From an uncultured virus (IMG/VR IMGVR_UViG_3300011871_000032) (Duplodnaviria > Heunggongvirae > Uroviricota > Caudoviricetes), in the IMG/VR virus record IMGVR_UViG_3300011871_000032: a DNA stretch of 64,000 nucleotides; one strand, written 5' to 3'. The notes beneath the pieces are model-generated. The model was given only the letters and a program-made list of their open reading frames with translations, had not been told where the DNA came from and searched no databases. The translations under genes and the position numbers were made by a program. Positions 7,834 to 17,833 of the stretch are shown here, in pieces. How positions within the stretch are numbered: the stretch's first letter is position 1; each line of letters begins with the position of its first letter.

Positions 7834-7909
7834 TGGTGCGCCGTGCAGGATTCGAACCTGCGACCAATAGCTTAGAAGGCTACTGCTCTATCCACTGAGC
7901 TAACAGCGC
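7834..7909 (-). tRNA. tRNA-Arg(UCU)
   Basis: Cloverleaf, loop CT-TCT-AA, CCA. Confidence 0.92.
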
Positions 7910-8027
7910 ATTTATCATTTTAATCAATTACTTAGTGCTTCGTTTCAATGTGTTTATAATACCTAAAACCTTTATGAAGTACAACTCTTTTTTCAATATT
8001 TTGTTTATTTATTTTTTCTGTTTTTAC

Positions 8028-8312
8028 TTAATCTAAACGAATTGATGGATTAAGGAAAGGCGGATTACAGACGCTTCCTGATACTTCTTTATTTCCCGGA
8101 TCACGAGCTGTAAAGCTTGTTACTCTTTCGTGTTTAGCACATTTAAAGATATTTCCAGATGAAACTTTAACTTGTGTATAACCTTTATCTTCTAGAAAAG
8201 ATTTAGCTGTATCTTGCCCTGAAAAACAGTGGAAATAAATCGAGCCACTGAATATTGCAGCACCAATTATAAACAGCGGAATGTTTCCTGATTTTGTTTT
8301 ACGTTGAGCCAT
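8028..8312 (-). CDS. Membrane-anchored hypothetical protein
   Basis: N-terminal TM, C..FTA..G.VC pattern of a common small phage family. Confidence 0.7.
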   Translation of the reverse strand: MAQRKTKSGNIPLFIIGAAIFSGSIYFHCFSGQDTAKSFLEDKGYTQVKVSSGNIFKCAKHERVTSFTARDPGNKEVSGSVCNPPFLNPSIRLD

Positions 8313-8341
8313 TTCAAACCCCTTTTTACATTTATTTATTT

Positions 8342-8428
8342 TGGTGCCTCAGACCAGACTCGAACTGGTACAACCTAACGGTCGAGAGATTTTAAGTCTC
8401 TTGTGTCTACCTATTTCACCACTGAGGC
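8342..8428 (-). tRNA. tRNA-Leu(UAA)
   Basis: Cloverleaf, loop CT-TAA-AA, CCA. Confidence 0.92.
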
Positions 8429-8496
8429 ATTTAAGAACATTGCGAGTGTTCTTAAACTACAACCCGTAAAACTAAGCGCAGAGGATCGAAGTCTGC

Positions 8497-8572
8497 TGGT
8501 GGCCCCTGTTGGATTTGAACCAACGACCAATCGATTATGAGTCGACTGCTCTAACCACTGAGCTAAGGGGCC
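8497..8572 (-). tRNA. tRNA-Ile2(CAU)
   Basis: Matches 7351..7426. Confidence 0.9.
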
Positions 8573-8575
8573 GGA

Positions 8576-8749
8576 TTTAGAGAATGCGCCAACATTCTCT
8601 ATTAGTCTCTTCCTAATGTCACCCTGTCTCGCTCACTATACAGGTCAATAGCACAAAGGAGGTACATCGAGCTTATTAATTATTTCAAATTAGATATAAT
8701 GAACATATTACTACTTCATTAATGCTACCTAATCCCGATTAATCACGGT
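8576..8749 (-). ncRNA. Structured ncRNA, family B copy 2
   Basis: Paralog of 7430..7602. Confidence 0.65.
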
Positions 8750-8823
8750 TATGAACAAATGTCTACACAATAAACCACGAACAGCACTACACACAACAAA
8801 CTACACAAAACAAGCGTAGGGGT

Positions 8824-8900
8824 TGGCACGTTGTATAGGATTCGAACCTATGACCTACGGCTTAGAAGGCCGTTGCTCTATCCAACTGAGCTAACAACGC
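8824..8900 (-). tRNA. tRNA-Arg(UCU)
   Basis: argU-like cloverleaf, loop CT-TCT-AA, G73, CCA. Confidence 0.92.
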
Positions 8901-9122
8901 ATTATGTTATTACTATACCATTTTACTTCATTCAGTACAAATCTTTTTTATCTAACTTTTTGATACTTAAGAATATATCTCGTTTCGATGAAGTTATAAT
9001 AGCAAATCAGATCATTGAGTACAAGTCTTTTTTTAATGTTTTTAATCAATAGATTGTTTTTTGATCATATTGCGTATTTTACTATCTTTTAGCTACAAAA
9101 AAGCCGCTTTTCGCGGCTTTTC

Positions 9123-9632
9123 TTATACTTTCCAAAGTAAAAACTCAATGTTATTTTTATTGCCAGAACATTCTTCATGAAGTTGTTCAAAAGTGTTAAT
9201 TTTTATAGATTGTATATCTCGGTTATTTAATATGGTTTTAATTCCCTTTTTAGAACTTGTACTTCTATCCCTATAAAAAGACTCACACTCTGCTTGGGGC
9301 AGATTATTTATTTTTATACTTAATACATCGTTTTTTTCAGATATAGAATAATCAAATTTTGTTTTTTCATGATTAAATGAGTTTATATCTTTTTTATTGA
9401 TAACTTTTTTAAATTCTTCTGTTTTAGTAACGGGATATAATCCAGTATCAATTAATGATTTTATATAGAATATCTTTTGTTTTTCAGTCTGTACTGAAAC
9501 GCTATTCCATTCATACTTTAATTTTTTGTATATGATATCACCTCTTGTAATACCCATAACAGCAATGAGTAAAATAAATGCAGAAATTATAACTACTGGA
9601 AAATAATTTCTTTCATTTTTATTACTATTCAT
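9123..9632 (-). CDS. Pilin-like membrane protein lacking prepilin cleavage motif
   Basis: N-terminal TM; NNLPQAEC...ECSGNKNNIEF resembles type IVb pilin C-terminus. Confidence 0.55.
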   Translation of the reverse strand: MNSNKNERNYFPVVIISAFILLIAVMGITRGDIIYKKLKYEWNSVSVQTEKQKIFYIKSLIDTGLYPVTKTEEFKKVINKKDINSFNHEKTKFDYSISEKNDVLSIKINNLPQAECESFYRDRSTSSKKGIKTILNNRDIQSIKINTFEQLHEECSGNKNNIEFLLWKV

Positions 9633-9699
9633 TTTTTCACCTTTTGATTTGTCATACATATGACTTTATTTTATTTATAAAAAAAACCTCTTCCGAGGT

Positions 9700-10257
9700 T
9701 TAGTTTTTTATAAGCTCTTCAAATAACAGTTTATTATTCTCTTTAAATGAATAAAGATATTTTTTTGTTTCTAATGAAACGACATCTGGAACATCCATAT
9801 TTCCATAAAACATTTCTCTAATTTTAGTACTACTAATAACATCAATACCTTCAAAGTTAACTTCTTCGATAAAATCAGATTTCCACTCAGGGAATAGCTT
9901 TAGATAAAATGTGCTTTCATCACCTGTTTTTTGACATCCTGTAATAAAAACTTGATCGTCTTTATTTGAAATTGAAGAAACAAGTTTTTTAACTTCATCT
10001 ACCCAATCTTGATCTTTTTCAAAATCAGGCAGAGCAAGAATAGATACTTTTTTATTTCCTTTATATTTATTCGTAATATTTTGAACCATTTCTTTTCGTT
10101 CTTCAAAAGAAAAAGGATTTTTACGACTACGAGGTGTATTAGAACTACCAATCAAAATAAGAACTTCATCACCTTCATTAATGGCATGTTTCATTACACT
10201 TTCATGACCAAAGTGAGGAATTTGAAAACGACCAATGTAAACATAAACCTTACTCAT
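9700..10257 (-). CDS. Nicotinamide-mononucleotide adenylyltransferase (NadM-like)
   Basis: YIGRFQIPHFGH, IGSS..KNPFSFEER, ISSTKIR. Confidence 0.85.
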   Translation of the reverse strand: MSKVYVYIGRFQIPHFGHESVMKHAINEGDEVLILIGSSNTPRSRKNPFSFEERKEMVQNITNKYKGNKKVSILALPDFEKDQDWVDEVKKLVSSISNKDDQVFITGCQKTGDESTFYLKLFPEWKSDFIEEVNFEGIDVISSTKIREMFYGNMDVPDVVSLETKKYLYSFKENNKLLFEELIKN

Positions 10258-10348
10258 TGTTAATTCCTTTAATTTTTGTATCGTTCATTATACCTTATCT
10301 TTACATTAAAAGGTATTTTTATTAACCACTATTTCTAGTGGTTTTTCT

Positions 10349-11431
10349 TTATACTTTTGAAGCGATGGTTAATTTTTCAATCGTTTCATCAAGTGTTGCT
10401 TTACCAGATGTATAATCATTAAAAACAAGCCCTGCCATAATATGATTTACATTTTTACGTGCTCCATCAACATGGACACGAGAATCTTCAAGGAATAAAT
10501 TAATATTATTTTCATCCAGCATTGAAAGAGCCAAATGCTTTGGGCGACCATCAGCAAAATCAGCACGACTTACCTGAATACCATAATGAGTAAGCGTCTT
10601 TACAATACGAAAAGTCGCAGCACCACCCCGTGCAGTTAAAATACGAGTTTCAAAAGGAATATCTTTTGCCTTAATTTCATTAGCCAACATTTTCTTTTGA
10701 TAGTAAGCTACAATCAGACTTGATTTCTGTAAAAAACAGCCAAGAGGACCAAGCTCCATAGGCTTATTACGATTAGCAATTTCATTTAGGCGAAAAGCTT
10801 CAAGAGGTACCATACCATCTACTTTTTTCGCAGCCTGATAAACCATTTCTGACGTGTGATCTACTACTACACCATCAAAATCAAAAATAAAATTGATAGT
10901 GTTATTTCTATTTTGGAACATTTTCATGTTCTGCAGTTCACTGATGTTAGGGATCTCAGTAGAGGCCATACCATTATTATGATAGATTTTTGCGGAACTA
11001 TCAGAAGAAGTAAATACAATGTCAGCACCCTGCATTTTATGTGGGGATGCTTGCTCAAGACCACCTGTTAATGAAATATAATCAGGCATAAAATCTTCAT
11101 TATCATTAAAAAGATAGTGATCTAAGCTGTTAAAAAGAGTCACAGCCCCTTCATGCGCTGTATCGAAACGACTTGAAAGACCAAAACGCAACTGAATGAT
11201 ATTTGTAGGAATTTGTTTACGCAGACGATGTAAAGAAATATAAAGACCAAGAGCTGGACCCGGCTTAAACACCTGACCTTCTTTATTCATTTTTTCAAAA
11301 TACTTACGATATAGACCTTCACGATCTTCTTCGGTATTTTGCTCAAAGATGGCTTCAGCTTCTTTCATGTCAAACAGTGTTCCTGCGGTGAAACCCAATG
11401 TCAGAACAGTGTCTTTTTCGCTAATGTTCAT
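10349..11431 (-). CDS. 5'-nucleotidase (cN-I type, HAD)
   Basis: LFDM, PGPA, FDFDGV..SE, GPL, LTARG, FLEDS..HV motifs. Confidence 0.8.
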   Translation of the reverse strand: MNISEKDTVLTLGFTAGTLFDMKEAEAIFEQNTEEDREGLYRKYFEKMNKEGQVFKPGPALGLYISLHRLRKQIPTNIIQLRFGLSSRFDTAHEGAVTLFNSLDHYLFNDNEDFMPDYISLTGGLEQASPHKMQGADIVFTSSDSSAKIYHNNGMASTEIPNISELQNMKMFQNRNNTINFIFDFDGVVVDHTSEMVYQAAKKVDGMVPLEAFRLNEIANRNKPMELGPLGCFLQKSSLIVAYYQKKMLANEIKAKDIPFETRILTARGGAATFRIVKTLTHYGIQVSRADFADGRPKHLALSMLDENNINLFLEDSRVHVDGARKNVNHIMAGLVFNDYTSGKATLDETIEKLTIASKV

Positions 11432-11566
11432 TTTATAACCCTTATGTTGTCAATATTAGGATTATTGCATACCTTGATCTCCAATGCAAGCTTTTTAAAT
11501 AGCCTTTTCAACATTTTGACTTATTTTTTATTTGTGATTTACTTGGTTTAACAAAGGAGAATTTAA

Positions 11567-12271
11567 ATGCTTAAACAAGTAGATTTATTTAAAGAGGTAA
11601 GAAAAACATATAGAATTAAGGATAGTAATACTTTTTGGCCTTATATGTTTGAAAAGGCGAGAAATGAAGGTATAGAAGAACAATTTTTAAATAAAATAAA
11701 GGTTGATGGATGGACACCTTTCATTGGTGTTTTATCCTATGCTATGCCTCCTGCTTACTGGACAAAAGATAATTCCTATTACGAAGATAAAGCTGTTTCA
11801 TTTTTTTTGCTTTCTATATTAATTATTGGGGGCCTGTTATTAGGCGGCTTATTTTCTGATACACCTTTCTTTTACCATTTGGGATTTGCATTTTTGTTTT
11901 TACTAACTTTATTTTTATTATTTCCTACAAAATTTACCTCAAAATATTGGGAAAAAATACAATATTCCGATTATCTTAATTTCATTCAAGACAAAATGAA
12001 AGATAAACAAGAAATTACTGATTTAGAATTTCAACTTTTTGAGCAATCATATGGTAGAGAACATACGCTTTATGTTATAGAACAAATTTTACAGAAAGAT
12101 GAAGGTGTATTCAATATAAAAAGTTTTTTATATTATGCTGACAACTTATGTGATCATAGATGGGTTTCTAGCGCTTATTTTTGGGGACAAATAAAAAGAA
12201 ACAAAGAAAACACTCCAGAAGAAATAAAACAACAAGCACTCGATTTTTATAATAGAAAAATAAGTAAATAG
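11567..12271 (+). CDS. Two-TM membrane protein
   Basis: AAGGAG RBS, two hydrophobic helices. Confidence 0.7.
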   Translation: MLKQVDLFKEVRKTYRIKDSNTFWPYMFEKARNEGIEEQFLNKIKVDGWTPFIGVLSYAMPPAYWTKDNSYYEDKAVSFFLLSILIIGGLLLGGLFSDTPFFYHLGFAFLFLLTLFLLFPTKFTSKYWEKIQYSDYLNFIQDKMKDKQEITDLEFQLFEQSYGREHTLYVIEQILQKDEGVFNIKSFLYYADNLCDHRWVSSAYFWGQIKRNKENTPEEIKQQALDFYNRKISK

Positions 12272-12298
12272 CAGGGTTACCTGCTATTTTTCATTTAA

Positions 12299-12733
12299 TT
12301 AAATATTATGTTCTTCTTTAAATGCTGATTTTAGCTCTTCTACTGTAGATGATTTTAAGAAATATTCTGGAGTAACAATAGAACCAGCAGCATCTTGCCA
12401 TTCTTTAACTTTATCTTCTGAAATAGCAAATGGATTCTTTTTGTTCTTTTTCCATTTAGCAAAACAGCTCATTTCAGGAGTTGGTTGCCAATCAAGGTTA
12501 TCCTCTACTACTGGAGCAAAGGCAACAAAAGATACATTCACTCCTTGTTCAAGCTTTTCTGAAACATAAAGAACCTTATGCTTATCGAAGAAGAAAATTT
12601 TCGGATGGTGAGCTTCCATAAAATCAGCAAAGTCAATTTCAAGATGCTTTTCAAAGAAAATAAAATCAATAAGTCAGATAGCCCTCAGTGTAATTTCACC
12701 ATAGGATTGTGAATTATACTTAACTTTTATCAT
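12299..12733 (-). pseudogene. Hypothetical protein interrupted by in-frame TGA at codon 20
   Basis: GAGG-ATG at 12733 in frame with 12299..12619; TGA at 12674-12676. Confidence 0.55.
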
Positions 12734-12855
12734 GTTAACCTCTATCATTTAAGTTAAAGCTATTATACCTACTTAAAGTATTAAAGACAACAAAACAATC
12801 GAATTGATTAACATTTTCTTTTTCATTATACTATTTAAAACTATTGGAGAAAACT

Positions 12856-13752
12856 ATGCCAAGTATGAAAGAAACTATTGATTTCCCTGTCATGCGACAT
12901 GATGTATCTCGATACATCTTAAGGCCATCACATGACCTTATAAAAAGCTCAGAGGCTGTTTTAGATATCTATTTAAATACTGATGATGAAAAACTGAAAA
13001 AATCTTTAGAAACAGTAATTAATCATAATCAGTTAACTTTTTTATCTGATCTTGAAGCGGCATTGCTTTTCGATCAAACAAATAAAGATATTGAATCACC
13101 TATGACGATAAGTATTAAAGAATGGATTAAATATGCCCCATCTTTTAACTTACATTATATGGATATTATTTCTCATATATGTAGATATAGTCGAAGCATT
13201 CATTCTAATGATTTGCTCTCACAATATATTTCTAAAGATACACCGTTAGATGATATTTATGTTTTATTAAAACTGTCTATCAGACATTTTAATTTTTCTG
13301 TTATCGCATTTATTATGGATTTTATAAAAGATAATTATTCAGAAAAGCTGGAAGATTTCAGAAGATTTTTATCAAAAACAGGAAGTGAACAAAGAAACTT
13401 TGATAATCTTATATTAAGTTCCCATCAATCTCATGGTTATGCTGAAAAAGTATTATCTTATATGTATATTGAAGATTTTGATTTTCGAATGATTGTATCA
13501 TTGCAAAATAGTAGAGAAAATAATAAAGGAACTAATAGACGATATGAAACAATCAGATTTGATGAAAGATTTGGAGCATTAGTTAATTCTGGACTATTTG
13601 ATAATGATGAAGTTATTGTTAAAAAACTATTAGATAATATTCCTGAAATGGATAAAAACGCTAGACATACCATTTCTTATATTTATCATAGTTTCAAATT
13701 TGACTTTGAAAAAGAAAGATTCTTAGAACTTTTAAAAAGTAAATACATTTAA
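12856..13752 (+). CDS. Hypothetical helical protein
   Basis: GGAG RBS, ~298 aa. Confidence 0.7.
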   Translation: MPSMKETIDFPVMRHDVSRYILRPSHDLIKSSEAVLDIYLNTDDEKLKKSLETVINHNQLTFLSDLEAALLFDQTNKDIESPMTISIKEWIKYAPSFNLHYMDIISHICRYSRSIHSNDLLSQYISKDTPLDDIYVLLKLSIRHFNFSVIAFIMDFIKDNYSEKLEDFRRFLSKTGSEQRNFDNLILSSHQSHGYAEKVLSYMYIEDFDFRMIVSLQNSRENNKGTNRRYETIRFDERFGALVNSGLFDNDEVIVKKLLDNIPEMDKNARHTISYIYHSFKFDFEKERFLELLKSKYI

Positions 13753-13878
13753 ATATTTTTTACGAATATAATATTTAAATTTGATTCTTAAAGTAAAATC
13801 TCGTATTATGAAATATCCTGTTCCTTTCAGGCCACTTTTTAAATATGAGATTTTAATATTCTCATAATAGGAAAATAC

Positions 13879-14799
13879 ATGATAAGAGCTAATAAAAAAC
13901 TTATTTTCAAAACAGTCGAAGAAGCACAAAATAATATTCATAGGATACACCATATTGATAAAGAAGGTTTTACTTCATTATTCTTCTGCGAAGATCTAGA
14001 TGTTGTTTCTTTTTTGATTAAAAATGGACTTAATGTTAATCATCAAAGTAAAAAAGGTGTTTCCCCTCTCATGCTTTCTGTTTCCTGTCCTTACGATGAT
14101 ATTCAAAAAGAACAGCTCCTTTTGGATAATGGAGCAGATGTTAATCTTTTAGATAAAAATAATGAAAACGCATTGTTTTATGCTAATGGATTAACTTACG
14201 TTCAAATGCTTGTAGAGCATGGAATAAACATTCATCAAAGAAGTAAATATGGTCATAATATTTTAGCACATATGCTTCATCTTGAAGCTTATGAAACCTA
14301 TGAATATTTATTACATCTTGGCGTTGATCCTGATAATAAAGATTGCGATGGTGAAAACATTCTATTTCAAGGTGAATTAGGACTTAATAGCATAAAAGAA
14401 GTTATTTCATATGGTGCTGACGTTCTTCATATTAATAATCATGGTCAAAATGTTTTAAGATCAGCATTTAGCCCTGAAATTATGGAATATTTTATTGAAC
14501 AAGGTGTTGATCCTCTTGTTATTGATGATGATGGGCATAACTTATATTTTCAAAAAGCTAATCATTACAACAATGATATTTTTGATGTTATTGCTAAATA
14601 TGATATTGATATAAATAAGGTCAATAATAAACAAGAAAATCTTATTCAATATTTACTTAGTGATATTGATAATTATAAGGATATTATGGATAGGCTAAAA
14701 CCTTATTATGAAGAAAAAATAAATAAGTTTGTTTCTTTAGGCTTTATTATGGATAGTAAAACTGAAAAACTGATTCAAGAAAAAATATATAATGCTTAA
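13879..14799 (+). CDS. Ankyrin-repeat protein
   Basis: Repeated LLxNGADVN..D..GENAL units. Confidence 0.88.
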   Translation: MIRANKKLIFKTVEEAQNNIHRIHHIDKEGFTSLFFCEDLDVVSFLIKNGLNVNHQSKKGVSPLMLSVSCPYDDIQKEQLLLDNGADVNLLDKNNENALFYANGLTYVQMLVEHGINIHQRSKYGHNILAHMLHLEAYETYEYLLHLGVDPDNKDCDGENILFQGELGLNSIKEVISYGADVLHINNHGQNVLRSAFSPEIMEYFIEQGVDPLVIDDDGHNLYFQKANHYNNDIFDVIAKYDIDINKVNNKQENLIQYLLSDIDNYKDIMDRLKPYYEEKINKFVSLGFIMDSKTEKLIQEKIYNA

Positions 14800-14831
14800 A
14801 AGAAAAAGACTGCCGAGGCAGTCTTTTTTAT

Positions 14832-15851
14832 TTAAAATTTTTCTATTTCAATAATATCATTACTAAGATCTATATTATCTTTAATAACTCCTAATACTTC
14901 CTCATCTCCACCCCATCCTTCAAAACCACAAATATATCCATCATCATCAAAATAAAACACTGGAAGGTATCCTACGCACTCTCTTGTATCTTTAAAAACA
15001 ATGCCTTTAACTTTATCAACATCAGCTTCATTATAGAGTTCAAGAGAACAAGCATCCATACTGTAATTATCCCAATCATTTCTATTTTCCATCACGATAA
15101 ATTTCATTTTTTCTCCTTTAGTGAACTTTTTATCTTTAATATTTTCATGCTCTTTCATTAGCAGATATTCTTTTTTTGTATAAATAGGATACTCAAATAA
15201 CATTAACATTGGGCTATCTTCGCTTCCATGAAAACTCTTATCAATATGAAGATAATGATCAATACCATCGACATCTGCTAAATAAATACCTTCCTTCATT
15301 TTGTAGATGTCTCTATCAAATAAAAAACTACGCTCACGGAAAATCTTACCTTTATGATCTTTCAAAGATACAAAACAATATTTATTATTTATTGTGCTGA
15401 ACTTAATCTTTTCTGATTCGTCAGAAATAAATATAGGACTACCAGAAAATAATCCATGTGGGATTTCTTCATTACTTTTTAAATAAATATCATAGTTACT
15501 AAAAGGTTTATTCAGGTTCTTACAGACAACTCGACCTAATACATTATTTGGAATAATATAAAAGTTAACTTTATGTTTCTTATCTTTTTTATTTGGGCTG
15601 TCATAAGAAAACAAAACAGAACCATTATATTTTTTCGCTGTTTTTAATAGGTTAATAACATCTTTTTCTTTCAGAAAATTAAATACTTCTGCATGTCTTT
15701 TCAGCATTAACTCTTTTACGGCTTCATTAATGCCATAATTTTTTAAAATAGATTCAATATTATTTCTTGAGTAATAAGGATTAGCAGCATCATACTTAAA
15801 TACAATACTCATAACAGCTTTTGGCTTGATAGTTCCAGTATTTACAAACAT
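14832..15851 (-). CDS. Hypothetical protein
   Basis: Long ORF; GAGG RBS before MFVNT. Confidence 0.7.
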   Translation of the reverse strand: MFVNTGTIKPKAVMSIVFKYDAANPYYSRNNIESILKNYGINEAVKELMLKRHAEVFNFLKEKDVINLLKTAKKYNGSVLFSYDSPNKKDKKHKVNFYIIPNNVLGRVVCKNLNKPFSNYDIYLKSNEEIPHGLFSGSPIFISDESEKIKFSTINNKYCFVSLKDHKGKIFRERSFLFDRDIYKMKEGIYLADVDGIDHYLHIDKSFHGSEDSPMLMLFEYPIYTKKEYLLMKEHENIKDKKFTKGEKMKFIVMENRNDWDNYSMDACSLELYNEADVDKVKGIVFKDTRECVGYLPVFYFDDDGYICGFEGWGGDEEVLGVIKDNIDLSNDIIEIEKF

Positions 15852-15867
15852 TTTTATGCCTCTTATT

Positions 15868-16752
15868 TTAGGATAATTGTGCTTTGATTTTAGCAATTTT
15901 TTCTTCATAACCAGTGATAATATCTAACATTTCTTGTTTCGCCTCATCTTTTGTTAAATATACACCCGGATTAGAAAAAACATATTTATTATAGTCTACA
16001 TCATAATCTAATTGCTGATAGTTGTAAGCCATTTGCGTTTCTGTTTCAAAAGTAAGACTCATAGCATTTGCTTTTTTATCGTAAAACGCTGAATAGAGAG
16101 TAGCTTTCGCTTTTGACATTTCTTCAAATGAAACAAAATTTAAATAAAACCCTTTGTCATTAACAATAGTATCCCAATTCTCTGGAACAAAAACTTTTTT
16201 ATTTTCATCCTCATATTCATAAATAACATTAACATTCATCAGGCTATCAAATGATATATTTTTAAGCATGTCTCGATGCCTCATTAGATAATCAAGCTTT
16301 TTACCTAAAGAAGTTTTTAAAACAAATTTTTTGGCAAAGTTGTCTTTTTTAATAGCATTTACTATGAAATTTCTATCTTTATTGTAAATCAATACATCAA
16401 GATCAAGAAGGAGTTTTCTTTTAATAGATTCTTTTACGTTTTCCATACTTAAAAACAGATCGCTTCTATCTCTTAATTTTGTAGCAGCAATAACATGATG
16501 AATAAAGAAACGCTCCTTTACTTCTAGGAATAAGCCTTTTTTCTTATATTCACCAGAAAATACTGCATATAAAAACTCAACATGATCTTTAAAATTTTTA
16601 TTGTAGTTATTAATCCAAATTTTTAGAAAATTATTGGTAGAAAAAGGAGGTGTGTTATTATAGTCGTTAGAGTTGAAACGGGTATCAATAGAGAAGTGAA
16701 CACCAATATCATCTTTGATTTCTTTGATGGATTTTGTGATAGGGGATGTCAT
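15868..16752 (-). CDS. Hypothetical protein
   Basis: 294 aa, AAGGA RBS. Confidence 0.75.
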   Translation of the reverse strand: MTSPITKSIKEIKDDIGVHFSIDTRFNSNDYNNTPPFSTNNFLKIWINNYNKNFKDHVEFLYAVFSGEYKKKGLFLEVKERFFIHHVIAATKLRDRSDLFLSMENVKESIKRKLLLDLDVLIYNKDRNFIVNAIKKDNFAKKFVLKTSLGKKLDYLMRHRDMLKNISFDSLMNVNVIYEYEDENKKVFVPENWDTIVNDKGFYLNFVSFEEMSKAKATLYSAFYDKKANAMSLTFETETQMAYNYQQLDYDVDYNKYVFSNPGVYLTKDEAKQEMLDIITGYEEKIAKIKAQLS

Positions 16753-16825
16753 TTTTTATTCCTTATAGAGTTTCTTAACACGTATGATATCAAAAAACTC
16801 TATAGAATACAATATTTGATTGCTT

Positions 16826-17116
16826 TTATTCGTATTGAACAACTAACACTTTGAGGTTTTCGTGATTTTTGACAGGCATTAAAATCGTTTTTACAGGCGT
16901 TTCCGCATTTAATGAGGTTGCATAAATACTTTGACTTGCTTTTACCATTTTACCATTCTTATAACAGCTTGTATCCATTGTTTCATTTTGAAGATTAGTT
17001 TTTATCTCACATGTAGGGGATACAATTTCTCCTCTAAAATGAATTACTCCATCTACAGCATAACTTGACGCAGAAAGCATAAGAGAAACTAGCAAAAATA
17101 CGATATTCTTTTTCAT
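16826..17116 (-). CDS. Small type-1 fimbrial-subunit-like secreted protein
   Basis: Signal peptide ..SSYA|VDGVIHFRGEIVSPTC, C-terminal VxYE. Confidence 0.7.
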   Translation of the reverse strand: MKKNIVFLLVSLMLSASSYAVDGVIHFRGEIVSPTCEIKTNLQNETMDTSCYKNGKMVKASQSIYATSLNAETPVKTILMPVKNHENLKVLVVQYE

Positions 17117-17256
17117 TATCAATCCTTGTATTAACATTTTAAAAACATTATACAGAATATTGAATATAAAGCAATAAGAAATTAACTATTAGGGAGTAAG
17201 ATTTTTCTTACGAAAATAAAAAACTCCGCTATAAAGGCAGAGTTTGATATGAAAAA

Positions 17257-17730
17257 TTAAGCATAGCTAATGGCTGCCATTTCTCTTGGATGTTTTCTAA
17301 TCCATTTTTTTATTTCTTTTGGTAATGTATTTCTTACTCTCTTTTCTTGCTCGTATACAACTGCCGAAAGAATATAGACGTATTCTATTTTTTGGTTATT
17401 TGACTTTAATTCTTTAGCTACTTTATACAAATCATTTAAACTCAAATGTTTTTCCATATATTTTAATCTATTTTCTGCTTGATTGATCAAGCTTTTATAT
17501 ACTTTATTATCATACGGAGATTCATCAAGCCATTTGTTTTTTATAATACAGTTAAAACCGCCAAAAAATAAAAGGGAGGATAAAATTGATAGTGGAATAT
17601 AAAGACTTATATTTTCCATAGTTATATTTCCACCTTTAGAGATACCAACGACACATACAAATAGAACCATTACAGTTGTTGATATAAGCATGAATATTGG
17701 AAAGATATTTTCATCAAAAAACTTTTTCAT
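17257..17730 (-). CDS. Two-TM membrane protein
   Basis: AGGAG RBS, two TM helices. Confidence 0.7.
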   Translation of the reverse strand: MKKFFDENIFPIFMLISTTVMVLFVCVVGISKGGNITMENISLYIPLSILSSLLFFGGFNCIIKNKWLDESPYDNKVYKSLINQAENRLKYMEKHLSLNDLYKVAKELKSNNQKIEYVYILSAVVYEQEKRVRNTLPKEIKKWIRKHPREMAAISYA

Positions 17731-17833
17731 ATATTACTCCTTTTAATAGATTAATAGCATTATATTATAAACATCATATTTTAATCAATAAAAAAGCCCT
17801 CCGAAGAGAGCTTATTATTTTTTAAATCATTAT

